Both the position numbers and the translations under genes were made by a program. DNA of 64,000 nucleotides, from the NCBI GenBank assembly GCA_026914245.1, contig CP110440.1:620001-684000 (forward strand), given 5' to 3'. Of this stretch, positions 36,059 through 49,380 are shown piece by piece. The notes beneath the pieces were generated by a model. It was not told the DNA's origin. It saw nothing but the letters and a program-made list of their open reading frames with translations, and ran no database searches. Source of the DNA: Puccinia triticina (Eukaryota). Within the stretch, counting starts at the first letter, position 1; each line of letters starts with the position of its first letter.

Positions 36059-37064
36059 TTTCTCTATTTTCTGGGATTTTTTGTAAAATTAAAATCCCGA
36101 CTCCCGTTTGGGATTGAAGAATTACAATTCCGACTCCCAAAACGCCCCCGCGTCAAAATGCGGTCACAAGGACCCGGGAAAGACGTCCCGAGGCGGTCCG
36201 CGCGACGTAAATTGCGTTTGGGAGTCGATTTTTTAATTTGTGGGAGTCGATTTCTCAACCCCCTAAATATAAATAAATTGTCTTTGACGACTCCCAAAAA
36301 AAAATATTCGGGAAAACAACTCCCAACGCCAGTCGCGGCGACGTACAGGAGTTGTTTTCCCAAATTTTGGGAGTTGTTTTCCTACTCTCAAAAAAAAAAC
36401 ACCCACACCCACACTTCTCAAAAAATGTTTGGGGCAAATAGATAGTCATTCTGCCTGGACCTGGGTACCAAAACTCTTTCTGGCCAAATTCAGGTACCTA
36501 GAACCACACCGGGAACCGGCTGGGAGGTACCACAGGTAGCGTCAACACTATTTTTGGCCTCCTCTATCACATACCAGTCTGCGCGCCCTTTCCCCCCCGG
36601 AAAATGATAGGGGTGGGCAGACGGGCCCTGGATCCTCCCCGTGAACACGCCCGGGGCACCGGATTGGAACCCAGCTTGGGCAAACCTGAGGGTGGACATG
36701 TCAAGCACGGACCTTTGTGACATTGAACACCTATGTCACAGGTGCAAATGGTTCATGTCAGGGAGACTGCTCAAACAATCAGTGAAGGACTCTTCCTAGA
36801 GTCCTTACAGTTTGTCGCACAACACACATTGCGTTAGGAGAAGAAATAAGGAGCTGAAATCTGAGGTATCAATAAAATGATAGGAAATAGTACGAATAAA
36901 CTAAGTGAAATTATAAAGCTTTGGTACTATGCTTTGTCCTTTGTTTTAATATAAAGATTTCCAGACCGCTGGCAATGGACTAGGGTTCAGTTCAGTAGAT
37001 TGGCTTCTCGAGAGCTAGTATACTGCAATGGTGGCCGCATAATAGTTTTTCGACTTTTATGAAC

Positions 37065-40000
37065 CTATACCCATAACCTGTGGAGTTCATCAAATCTTGG
37101 CGTTCCAATACCTAAAAGTTCCAAATATTGATGTTAATCAAATACCCCGGAAAATGTGGTTGAGATGTGATGGATTTTTATCATACCAGTAACCGGATCC
37201 CATCCCTGATTGTATTAGAATTGGAGAGCAATCAAACGTATATAATTCAGAATATGTTTTATTTTTGCTCAAGGACACTCCAAATTGACTAACCTTTGCC
37301 GCTGTGAATCCTGGGGTGCCACATCCGTTATTTGTACCGGAACTAATCATCATAGCCAAATGGATAAGGTAAGCATGTACTGAAAGAGATGAATCAAACC
37401 AGGCTTACACTATATCAGCGAATGCTGATGCAAATTTCGGCGAATAAATGGTAGGATTAATGAACCCGACTGGTGATAATCCCTTGGCTATTCGCCCATC
37501 ATTTATTAAGGTGATGATCGATGCCGCGATCTGTACGGAGAGTGACGTCCCCCGGGCCTTGTAAAAAGTCGCATTCCGTTTTTCTCCCTGCCAATGGGTC
37601 AAAGCCCTTTGGTAGCTGCAAAGTTAGATTCGCTGCTTCATAGGACTGCACGTTGAAGAAAACATCAGGACTGACAAATTCGCACCATTCACACTGAGGT
37701 CCGGATAGCCACGCGCTTGAATCGAGTCGTTATAAGTACCACTTGGATAGGGTGGCTTGTGGTCGCGAATATAATTCTTCAATGCTTCCTTCTGATACCA
37801 AGGAGCAGGGAACACATCGCTAAATCCGCCACCAGTAACTTTATCGAGAATGTTCAGAGCAACTTCAGGATAATTCCAAGCTTTCCCGGGAGGAATCATG
37901 CTTCCTCCAACCGCGGTGACGTAAGGGCAAGTTGCAGGGAAATCCGGAGCAAAACGCTGTAAGAATGTCGAAATCGAGCTGAATGTCAGTGTAATTGTCT
38001 GATACAAGTTCAAGTTGTTTCGGTACTCCAGGCGTGCACTTACGTGACCGCCATTTTCTAGCTTCTGGCTAGATCCAATGCATTTTCCTTCATGTCCAGC
38101 TACGCCGTCATCACTGCGCAGAGCACCCATAGATATCCTTCAGGAAGGCCATACGCAAGTGACAATGAGGGGGATAACTACAAAATTACCCAGATGAAGC
38201 CAGCACGGTGATACCCATCAAGGCCATTTTACCATATTCTTCGCATTGACGGATCAACGCTGACCGAGGTGAGGAAATCTCACTCATTCCTGTAATCAAA
38301 TCAGATCCAGGGACATGATTCAACAATCTTCAATATCCGGTTGACTCATTTGGTAATCAAAACATCTAAGTACGATTTCAATTATTACTTTGCTCACCAT
38401 ATGAAATAGAGATGACGTTAGCGGGCTTACTCAAGACACAACTCTGGCTTGTCTTGGGATCACTTGATTTTTGGCAGAGGATTGCTTCGAATCTGGACAA
38501 TATCCAATAAGGATCAGTACCTAGCTAGTAGCAAATAACTTCTGAAGATTTTATCGGATTGATGGAGAAAGGTATGATAGATTGAAGAAGAAGGAAAACA
38601 AAATATTACAGTATCTCAAATGGTTGAATAGATTCCGTCGAGTGGGTGTTGACCTGGTAAATGTTGACCTAAAATCAAATAAAAACCAACAGATAAAAGT
38701 CAGAACGAAATCAAAGGAGAAAGTTCAGGAAAATATGGATGTACTGGTGTGGGGAATATCAAAGGCAGTGAATATTCTACATCCATTTCTAACTCAAAAA
38801 GTTCACCCTCACGCTTCGAGATTTCTTCCGGTTCCAAAACTTTGGGTTGAGTTCCTGAAATCGTGTTAGAAAAATATGTATTACAGACGGAATAAGTATC
38901 CGATCCATCAATGGTGAAATTTCGATGAACGCGTATTTCATCAACGAGTGATGACCTGTAGCAAACAAACCTAGCTGCGGTCCTAAATTTTTCACTCGAG
39001 GTCTTGCTCCGAAGACTTTCGGTGTGAAAGTCTGAGGAGGATAAATGAAGTCAATTATAAGATAGTCTAAACACCCTATTCTTATATAATTTCATCACGT
39101 ACGTGATAAAGTAAATCGGTGCCACTAAATACCAACTTCATTGGCGAAAACACGACTAAAATGATATGATAATCAAGAAGGCAGGCGCATGAGGTGCTAT
39201 TCCGGAAAGGAAACCGTAGTATGAGATGTGCTAACCTATCCCAAGACTGTTTTTAGCCGCGGCTAGCGGAACATAATCACGAAATTTGTACATGTAACTT
39301 TGAACAATCCACAAAATCTTCAATAACACAATATCGAATGAAGGAATAGAGAGGGTTAGTTTTTTTTGGCATTACCTTAAACAGACGAAATTCATCCATT
39401 CACTGCATATGGTGAGAGCAAATTTTTCGGAGAGTGCATGCCATCGGCGCCTGTTCCGATGAGGTACGTCGGCGTGCAGTGTAGCATCTTCTGCAGTGGT
39501 TGGTGGAGCCGAAGTGCGCCCAACTTTGCGGTCAGGTGGGAAATGAACTGTTGGGGTCACCATATCTATGTGGTGGGCAAGATGATCAGGCAAGTTGTAC
39601 GAGTCGCAACCTTTTAAGTACAACATTTGAGTTAGACACGTATCACCCGAAAATCAGCCCTACAAAATCGCATTTCTAACCGGTATATTATCCTAGTTGC
39701 AACAGACATACCTACATGGCTATTTCCTTGGCCATTCGAATAGAGGTGATAGGTGGTTTCCAATAAATCTTCCGCTTGTTTGATCGTCCCTTGGAACTCA
39801 ATCCATCCGCGCTGGTGATCCTGCACGATTTGATGTGACTTGATTCCCGAGTCATGACCATATAACCAATCTAGAACCGCCTGGCGACTTTCGGATGAAG
39901 GAGAAAAATAATCGGATACTTGTTCTGGGGACCAGTGTTGCCCATAAGAATCATCTTCGGGGTCCGATACTTTCTTTATCTCGGCATGAAGTCGGTCAAT

Positions 40001-40183
40001 ATTCCTTTGACGAAGCCTAAATGTAATAGGCAGGCGTGTCTGCTGTTTGAAATAATCAGGAATCGATGTGCCGGAGCCTCCATCCGTTCTCTTCCACAGA
40101 GGATGTGATTGACGCGTTTCATGCACCAGGGCATCCACCCACGAAAACAGGAGTAAGACCAGGAAGGAGTTGATGAGAAACAT
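37065..40183 (-). CDS. Secreted sedolisin / tripeptidyl-peptidase (peptidase S53), multi-exon
   Basis: Signal peptide MFLINSFLVLLLFSWVDA, prodomain (VSDP..YGQH), catalytic ELEMD (near 38790), SSG/DDG across an intron, GYPDLS, GTS nucleophile, C-terminal WDPVTG/IGTP. Many GT-AG introns. Confidence 0.9.
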
Positions 40184-41145
40184 GATCCGGTTTCCTGCAG
40201 CTCAGAGTGGGGGGTGATCGAAATGTTTTGAGCAGGAGGGGCACCACCAAGATAACCCTGGTGGTTATACATACAACACGTATGCGTTTGTGTGGATGAG
40301 TTGACCGGCGTCCATTGAGGCTGTACCTAGCGTCCACATGGCGGCCGCCATGTGTGGCGCTGTTGAGCACACACTGGCGGCCCCCCTACAGGGGTTAACA
40401 AAGCCCCTCGGAATGGACCCCGGGCGGAACGCTCTCCGGAGGAAAGGGGCGGCTTCGCCCCCAGCGGCTCAGCGCCAGTGCCTGCACTGTCCTACACAAG
40501 CCAATCTACCACCAGTGGGGACTTGACTCAAGTTATGGGGCCGAGCAATCGTAGAGCCTGTTGTACCTTAACACAAGTCTCTTTGTTTCACGGGTGCTGG
40601 CAGCGAAACCGCCCCTCCCTCTCCTGCGGCAAGCGCTCGCACCCCGGACCTTCCGTTCGAGGAGCTTTGATCAGCTAACTTATATGTAAAGATGAGGCCA
40701 CCGCCGGTGCAAGCCACCGTGTTCGACTTTCGTTTTCCGCCAGATACAGAAGTACCAATTGGCTGCCTGTATGTTCTTTTCCAGAACCCGTCAGTTTCGA
40801 GCACACCGAAGGCGGAAGGGTGTATGTATGTATTCCATACTCTCTTACCCATCGATCCCTTCATCGAAACTTCTAGGCCTTACGGCCCTACCTCTCGGAC
40901 CGGTACAGATGGCTTGGCTGGGCGGGGCATTCTGTTGCACTCTGGCGATGACATGGGTTGAAATACCTATTCCTGCACTTTCAAAGCTCGGGACCACAAG
41001 AAGAAAACACTTTACCTCACCCATCCTTCTGTCTCGAAGCTAATTATTTTTATCTTTCCTGGCCAGGCTAGCCCCCAGTGGATGACTTCCTGCCAAATTC
41101 TGTGGGCTTTCCACTGGCAGAAGTGATCTAGAGCCCATAAGCTAA

Positions 41146-41305
41146 CACGGTGAGGAATTTAGTGACATTAAATCATGTGTTGCGAGTACACCCAGACGAG
41201 TTCGTTGCGGTTGCATCCGCAGTGACTGTGCAGCTTGCGCAGTGACTGCGCGTGAATTCGTCTGGGTGTCGCACGGAAAAATGCAACACTTAACTCTTCA
41301 CCGTG
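41146..41305. mobile_element. Possible tiny CAC-terminated MITE with a nested inverted repeat
   Basis: CACGGTGA...TCACCGTG ends and inner CACCCAGACG/CGTCTGGGTG. TSD imperfect. Confidence 0.4.
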
Positions 41306-42099
41306 GAAATTTCTGTCAGCGCCCGTCTCTTATGTGACGTGGCATTGATGGGTTTTTGATTACGAACCGCCGCGGTTATGTAGCGGTGGTAGGTTTTTTG
41401 GGTCACACTATAGCCTAAAGGCCAGTGGAAAGAAGTCCTACTCGACGCCGTAAGGCGGAGGGACTGGCACCCTTACGTATGTAAGGGGATGCGGCGAAAA
41501 TCAGCCAAGCGTGCGTATAAGGAATATATCACTTTTCTTCTAGGTTACAGGTGTGATAATAACACCTGTACCTAGGGGAAAGATACACGAAGAGAGAAAG
41601 AGCTGTAAAGTAAAAAAGGTTAGTTAGATTATTGGAAACCCCACTCACTTATGATTTCAGTAAGGTGTACGGGTTTTTTATGGTAATAATCTTGGGGGGA
41701 GAATCTCTACAGGTGAGCGACCTCCCCTTTTATATTACAGGGATCAGCTCCCTCCTTCGAGTCAAGGACCTGAGGGATCCTTAACTCCAAGGAGAGGAGT
41801 GATCACGGAATTCAGAAGGGGGATTTACATAAATGAGTATGTAATCTCCCCATTTGTACATATATTGTGCTTAATCAGGATAAATACATAGAGAGATAAG
41901 ATTATCTCTCTCTGTATGAACAAATATGTAATCAATGTGAAATAAGGTTAATTACATACTCAAAAGAGTGTGAAATTTGTAGTAAATACATAATAATAGT
42001 ACATTGAGATAAAAGGTACATAATTAATGTAATGACAGGGAATTGAACTCTTGATTTTATGTACATGAGTCAATTATTAAAGCAGTCTTTAACCATTAG

Positions 42100-43331
42100 C
42101 ACCAGGGGAGATATGTTCCCACTCCCCAGGGAGTGCCAGAGCTGAATTTGATGTGAGTTTTGGTCGGATGTGAGCCTGATGTGCATCAGTAACTCATCCC
42201 TAAATGAATTTAAGTGGATGCAGAAGTGAGTCAAAAGTCAGTCAGAATTGATTTGGGAGTCAACACAATAGCACTGTTCACGTAAGCTAAACATCAGCAA
42301 GATTGAAATAAAGTTTATCCCATTGTGCCAGCCAATTTGGCTGGGAAAGTATGCTGATGTATATCTCTCACATGGTCATAGATTTCTTACGTGAACAGTG
42401 CTAATGTTGTGTAGAATTCTTTTGTTTTCCAGGCACAACTAGAGGAAAAAATATGATGAAATCATATTTCACCCAATTCCAACTGATCAATTGCTCCTGT
42501 TTGATGATGTCAAAGGATAGGAAAGCAAAATTGCCATTCTTGAATGTAATTCCTGTAAAAAAAATGAGTTTCTTGTAATTCACATTATATGCCCTCATGT
42601 ACAAAATTAAAGTAAAAATCAACTTAGTAATATTGGGTTTAGAATTTTGGAATGTGGTAATGTTGCAGTAAAATTAGTGAAACCCATTTTCTTGGAAATG
42701 CTGTAATTAATTTGAATTTGGCTAAAAAAATGGTGAAAAACTATTGTATTGGGGTGAAAGTCTGAGGTAAGTCAAGGTTGGATTGCAGTGCCACCCCAGT
42801 TTGACCACATATCCTGGCCTCTTCACAAAAATGATTGTGTGATTTTTTGTTTTTTTTGCTTTTCAAAATCCACATGTGCACATGCAAGTGAACTTTTTTG
42901 CACTTTGCTAATAGTCACCCTAATGTACGCGCGTACATTGAGGTGCAAATATCACAGGATGGGGCTTTCACAGCCACATGAAAAGTAAAAACTTTGTGTT
43001 GAGACACCAATTGTCCCCCTGATGTACGCGAGTACATGAGGGGGACAATATGACGTACTGCGCCTTTCACATCCCCATGAAAAGGACACACTGGTCATGG
43101 AGCCAAGAAAGGCCTATATTTTGGATGAGTTCTGGATGAATTCCAGATGAGTTCTGGATTATTCCTTGGCAAGTTATGGTTTATTTCAGGATGATTTCCA
43201 ACTGATTTCAAGCTGACTTCCAGTCTTTTTCATACCTATTCATATTTCTTTACCAAAGGCCTCCAGCACAGTTATGAAAAAAAGTTACGGTAAGGCACTC
43301 CCTGGGGAGTGGGAACATATCTCCCCTGGTG
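42100..43331. mobile_element. CAC-terminated TIR element (CACTA-type, non-autonomous)
   Basis: Perfect 38-bp TIRs CACCAGGGGAGATATGTTCCCAC... and TSD TAG. Confidence 0.88.
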
Positions 43332-43345
43332 TAGGTTATAAGACA

Positions 43346-43457
43346 CACTACAGGCAAACAGGTGATGTTCCCCCAGGCAGCGTCACCTGCGCAGTTACTG
43401 CAGCCACCAAAATTAGGTGACGCTGCGCGCAGGAGCGACAGCTGTCTGCCTGTAGTG
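43346..43457. mobile_element. CACTA MITE, 112 bp
   Basis: CACTACAGGCA...TGCCTGTAGTG and TSD ACA. Confidence 0.85.
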
Positions 43458-43561
43458 ACATGTACTATGCATTGTAGACACATGGACTTAGTGTCTCAGT
43501 GTCTGACAATTTCCCTGCAAAAATCTACCCAAAGAATTGGGATTTACTTAAAAAACACACA

Positions 43562-43747
43562 CACTGCCAGCAAAATTGGCTGGGCTGAGGTTACCCCACT
43601 TGAAATAGGATTGCATCAACAAGTTAAACTTGGTTGATCTCTGAAATATATTTCATTGGTTGAGTCTAGATCAACTGATTTTAAATTGGGTGAGTGCATC
43701 CCAGTTAAACTAGGATAACTTAAACCCAGCCAAATATTCTGGCAGTG
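43562..43747. mobile_element. CACTG hairpin MITE
   Basis: CACTGCCAG...CTGGCAGTG, TSD ACA/ATA; homolog of 48603-48819. Confidence 0.78.
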
Positions 43748-43829
43748 ATATATCAGCTATGACTACTTGGATGAGAAATTTAGCGGCTATCAGCTGACTC
43801 ACTCCTCATTGTTTAGGAAAACCTCCAGA

Positions 43830-44400
43830 TTAAATATTTCAATTGGATACCTGCCAAAGGGTGGCGGGTACCCCTTTCACCCACCTGACACCCGCGTGGT
43901 GTTGGCGGATGCAGTGCCAGGTGCCTGATTTTCTCAAAATAAATGGTTGCAGCCAGCCAGGTACCTGCCAGTGTGCACCAGCCATCCCGGGGCGGGGGAT
44001 TTGGGCAGGGATGGCAGGGATATCCAAGCCAGACTTCCTATTCCACAAACTCATCCCACCCAGACTTTGACCACCCACAAATGGCCTTCACCCGCAAGAA
44101 AAGAAAAACCAAAAGATCCCATGCATCATCCATCACATCCTCTCCAAAAAAACCAGCTAAGGATTCCAACAAAAAAATCCCTGCCAGAGAAGAACTTGAT
44201 ACTCTTATGCCTAGCAACCAGCTGCCTCCTTCAGGTGCACGCCCTCCCACCAATGAGGAAGAGTTATGTGGTTATAACATTATCCATTTTTATTCCCTTC
44301 TACTTTGAAGGTATTTTTTGACTATTTAATCAGCCAGGAAAGACCCAAAGAATTGCTGCAAAAACCATCAGTACCAAATTTAAACTGTATGCAATACCCA
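43830..44400 (+). pseudogene. hAT 5' end / transposase N-terminal remnant
   Basis: GGGTACCC subterminal motifs followed by a basic N-terminus MAFTRKKRKTKR. Confidence 0.4.
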
Positions 44401-44547
44401 AGCTTTTTATTTTCATTGGTACCAAATGCAAGCTAAGACAGCCAATCTTAAAATTACAATCTCCTAGGTTGGGCAACTCTGGGCTGGATGGTGTGCCAAG
44501 GCAGCAAGGCCCTTTTTGCTATGATAATTCCTCTCATAATTTTATAT

Positions 44548-44670
44548 GAATTTTAAGCCTATTTGCGTCACGTAGAAATGAGTAGAAAGAAACCGGGTAT
44601 GTACGCAGAAAAGGGGGTACACAAAAACCGGGTACAAACGCGGAAAACCCGGGTACGTTTATTAACCCCC
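44548..44670. repeat. Isolated TIR fragment of the 34700-36058 foldback family
   Basis: Matches about 35935-36058. Confidence 0.8.
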
Positions 44671-45959
44671 TAAATGTAGACAGGTTTACATCATGCAAAG
44701 TATTCAATTGATGTTATTAAAGATCTCTGAAGAGAGTAGCTGGGTGCCTTTATTCAATTAATCAAGGAAGCAAGAGTCAGAGAAGAAATATTTTTCCAAT
44801 GTGCCCTGGAAAGGACAATCAATTGGCTTTGGAAGCCTAGAATTTTTGGTATTTTACACATGATGCTGTTTTGATTGGCTTGTCTTAGTCTGTTGAGTGA
44901 AATGAAATAACTCATTTGACATAAGGCTAAGGCGAGATTGCTTTGCCATGCAACAAGGGATATAGAACTTTGCCTTTGTCTGCTTGCTGATCTGACAACA
45001 GAACTCCTTGAAAAAGAGCTTCTTGCGCCCGCCAAGCAGATGTGATTGGTAACTGGACTGGAGGAGTATGAGGTGGGTTTCCAGGACAAGATTCTGAGTG
45101 TGTTGTTGAAGAGCTGGGAGAAGACGGTGCAGCGGTTGGTGAATCCAAAGCGGACAGCAAGGTTGCGACCCAGGCCTCCAGGTTCAGGTATGGCTCTCCC
45201 CAAGCTTAACCCAGCCTCTCTGGAGGAGTGCCCCGCAGGGTATCTGTCCCACAGAGAGGCTTGCCCCCAAGTGGCAAATTCTAGCGTGAGAGCTGACCAG
45301 CTGGGGGCCGGGCCAACCCCCATTTTCCCTTAAATTTCTTGTTGCACATAACTCTTTCTTTGTATCATGTGATGAGTGGTACGGCCTTGTAGCCCAGCTT
45401 CTTGCGCAGCCATCCATCTGCCCCCCCAGAGCACCGCTAGACATCACTTCAAAAAACACAATGAGCTCCTTTCCAAATCTCAAACCGTAGTTTTTTTCAC
45501 TATTGTACACCACATTAACCAATAAATTTTCTGTATCCTTCCTGTACCATGACAAACACATAGCATAGAAGCCACCATTACTGTACGTCATCATTCAGCT
45601 CACATGTACTCCCTGCATATGTATGATCAATCCAAAAATCTTGGAGACATGATGTTCCAAGCTTTTTAGCTTCAAGACCGCTTGTGCTAAAATAAAATGG
45701 TCTATGTACATTTGAAGGCCAGATGCAGGGCTCTTATTTGACTCCTGGGTGGCCCATTTGGTGCACAGGATACCGTGGTGGTGTGGTGTCAAAGTTTGAC
45801 ACCAGCCAAATGGGTTGAGGCGGTACTCAGTGTTCACGCCAATTTTCCCCGCTTACTCCCAAGTCCCTCCTTTGGAGGCGCGAGGGGCGCCCGCCTGCCA
45901 ACTCAGAAGGCAGGGGCTGACTAAGTTTGGGCTCTCCCAAGATCCAAACCCAGCATATC

Positions 45960-46910
45960 TGGCTCCAATGCCAGGTATCCGTTGGATCAGTATTGTTTTC
46001 TCAAATTTGTGACTACGCAAGAACTGTGAGCTTTTGAAGGGAGTGTGGGATCCCTCATCAACTCAACTGCTCTTGGCCAGTACTAAAACAACCTGTTGAA
46101 GAAGTCTAATGCTGAAGAACTCATTCCAGAAGCATGCTCAATAAGCTCAGGGGTCATTTTGACACTGCTATTGAAAACCCAGTTTATCTCTGCTCAATGC
46201 TGCTTGATCCACGTATTAAAACATACACACTCACTGCTGAAGCCCTTGAGTTGCTAAAGCTGAGCAAGCAATCTATTCTCTGGCAGTTGAAGCAAGAAGC
46301 CAAGAACTTTATTCTGAATAACTACAAGTCAAATTTTAGGGAGTCAATTAGTCAGCCCCAAAAGAAAAAGGAAGTCTCTTTGCTTGATGAAGAGATTGAA
46401 TTTTATCTCAACTTGGAGTGCAAAATCATGTGATTGCCTCAACTTTTGGAAGGCAAATCACAATCAGTTCCAACCTCTTGTGAACATGATGAGGACGTAA
46501 TACCTCGCATTTGTACCTTCTTTGAGTTCTCCGACCGAGCAAGCTTTCTCTTCAGGTTGCCATGTAACATACAGAAATTTACGCGCAATCAACTCACTGC
46601 TAGCACTCTGGAGGCCGAGGCACTGATCTGCTTAAAAAGCTGTCTTGCTTGGGATATCATTGATGTCGACAAAATGAAAATAGATTCTCCGGAATGTGTA
46701 TTTATCTTTAAATGTGCAAAACCCATTTTTTTGCCTTAAAATATATATATACATTACAATTTTGAGCCATTTTTTTCTCTATCTTGTACCTCTGCCTGCA
46801 TACCCAGGTATCCAATTGGATACCGGGTTTCTAAAAACGCATCCGCGATCCGACCAGACCCAGTATCCGGCCGGATACAGCCGGATCATCGGGGTCCGGG
46901 TCGCCACCTT
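45960..46910 (+). pseudogene. hAT transposase C-terminal remnant with 3' TIR
   Basis: YLCSMLLDPRIK, a dimerization-domain remnant (LICLKS), and terminus GCCACCTTA. Confidence 0.75.
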
Positions 46911-48065
46911 ACAGTGAGCAGCAGGGAAGAATCCCCCTTGTGGGTGGCGTGGACCATTGAATGGTCTGCCAGACGGATAGGAACCGACGAAGGCTTGATG
47001 CGAAGGACCTGAGTTGAATCCGTAGTCATGCTCATTGAGCAACCGGAGTCAATGTTGAAGTCGGTGGTGGCTTTCAACGCTGCTGGTTTGTCAGAATGGG
47101 TGAAGACGTTACCGGCGCATTCGGAACCGGAGTAATCAGACTCGTCTGCTGAGTCTCCACCGAGCTCCACAACCGTGGTGAGACCTGCCTTGGCGGGGGG
47201 TTGAGGCGAATGACGGTTACGGCTGGGGGTTTGACGGCTGGAACCCTCGCAGCGGTTAGGGCCCTTTTCGGAATCCGAGCGGCAAGTAGCCTCGTTGTCT
47301 TGTCGTCTTGCCTGTTGATGATCTTTCAGAACACGAGCCGCGGTTTCGCATGCGGATAATTCGTGTCCTTTGACTTGACAGAAGGAGCAGTACAGGGAAT
47401 CGTTGAAAGGGGGACGGCTTCTGCCACCGGTCGAGGTTTTGGCTTATGAGGATGAGAGCGAGACGTCCTCTTCCGTGCGAGATTTACGACGAAGAGACTC
47501 AGTTTTGAGAGCTGAAACGATGCGTGACGAAGTTACGTTTTCTTCATTCATCATTGAGGGCGCACAATGGAGCCAATCACCCGGAAGAGACCCCAAGAGT
47601 GCAGCCGCATGTATATCATCGGTGGTTAGGGGTTTGGCGACGGTGATGAGCGAGTTGAGACGTTCAGCACATAAAGCCATTTCCTTGATGTGGCCATCGA
47701 CATCGTCATTGGTGAGACGGAGGAGAACTAGCTTGCGTAACCAGTATATACGTCCTCCTGCGGTGGAGTCGAGGTGAGTTTCTTGTAGAGCATCCCACAT
47801 CCCCTTCGCGTCGGTGGGGAAAGCGCGGATGAGACAAAAGTTGTCTTGATGGATGGTTTGAACGATGAAAGAACAGACATCCGAGTTATCTTTTGCCCAT
47901 CGTGCAGTTCGGTCCTCGGGTTTCACTTCCTCAAGAAGAATCCAAGACTGATGGAGGTGAGATGAACAATGACGGCGAATCTCCAGTTGAGGTAATTGGA
48001 GTTTGGTGCAGGAGCATGGAGTTGTGGGATACCGGCGACCTTATAAAGTGAGGATGGTTCCGAAG
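46911..48065 (-). pseudogene. Copia gag-protease fragment
   Basis: Gag (AKGMWDAL..., ALLGSLP), zinc knuckle CSFCQVKGHELSAC, protease FNIDSGCS. Confidence 0.85.
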
Positions 48066-48602
48066 TAAAGATGGCACTTCGGTACCCGTGTGGGGGTACC
48101 CGGCACCCGCGGGTGGGTACCGCTCGCACCAGCCAGACACCCGCCGGGCGGTGCCGGGTGCGGTGTCCGGTGTCTGCTTTGTCTCCAAAACGAGCGGGTA
48201 CCTGTAGCGCTACCCGCCTTATACGGGAGCTGTGGGGCCTTGAGCGGGGGATTTTTCACCTTCTTTGATCACTACCCTCCGGCCACTTACAATCACCGCC
48301 TCACTTGCCCACTCTCCAACCAGGGGATCCACCCGCAAGCGACAGAAGTCTTCCGGTGCAAATTCAGCCTCATCCCCTCACCCTCAACCTCTGAATCTCA
48401 CCCAAACCGCCAATACCTCCGGGACCAAACCCAAAGAAAGCAAATCACTCGCTGAAATAGAGGATGCCATCTCAACTCCAAACAGCACCCAGCCCCTCTC
48501 TGGAACAACCTATGATGCCAGTGAAGCAGAGGATTTACATATGTTTTTCTTTAATCTTTTTAAGCATCCATACTTATATCTAACAATGAAATCTTATGCA
48601 GG

Positions 48603-48819
48603 CACTGCCAGCATATTTGGCTGGGATGAAGACATCCCAGTTTAACTAGGATGCACTCAACCAATTTAAAATGGGTTGATCTCATCCAATGAAATATAAA
48701 ACCAAGGGGGGGTACCTTGGATTTATATTTAATCAGTTGAGATCAACCAAGTTTAAATTGGTTGAGTTCATCCCGGTTTAACTGGGATAACCTCAACCCA
48801 TCCAATTATGCTGGCAGTG
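48603..48819. mobile_element. CACTG hairpin MITE
   Basis: CACTGCCAGCATA...TATGCTGGCAGTG and TSD AGG. Confidence 0.85.
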
Positions 48820-49380
48820 AGGAAAAGCTTGGAAAGTTGCGGCAAATGCTCTCAGTACAAGCTACATGTCGTACATGCCACCCAAGCTCTCTGATCAGTG
48901 TGACAAGCACGGTAGGCGCATGATAAGATATTGTTGTAGATTGTGAGTCTCACTTTGTTCAGATAAATCATTTGAAAACTTAGCTGAAACCAATTTATAT
49001 TAGATGTGGTACTAGTATAAATTGTCCAACTTCAGACAGCTCATACAGCAACCTCAACAAACATGCTTCCATTTGCTTTTGCAAACTAAAAGAAACAAAC
49101 TCAAATCAATCTCTTGTTAATGTGGGGATCAAGGGGACTGGAGACATTGACTCCAAAGAGGTCAGTAAATATCTTGAATTGATGATCTGCACAGAGCCGT
49201 CTGACCTCTTTGGCTATACATCTAGTTCAATCAACTTTGTGCAGTTTGGTGTGCTGAGGTCGCACATCCTTTTTCAGCCCTGGTTGACGCTAGCCATCAA
49301 GAAATCCTTCATCCAATGGTTATCAAGTTTTTACCAACAAGACGGACAGTCTCAAAGGACATCCAAATGATTTACTTAGC

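Larger units (their letters stand above)
27493..36263. mobile_element. Non-autonomous long-TIR (MULE-like) element hosting nested insertions
   Basis: GGGGGTTGAGAAAT...ATTTCTCAACCCCC ends, TIRs of about 400 bp (right TIR split by insertions), 8-bp TSD TAAATATA. Confidence 0.82.
41314..43508. mobile_element. Solo LTR (about 845 bp net) with two nested MITEs
   Basis: TGTCAG...CTGACA ends and TSD ATTTC. Confidence 0.85.

Noticed and set aside
44754..45950. Protein-like broken ORFs
   Set aside because: No recognisable domain; strand and identity unresolved without a database search.
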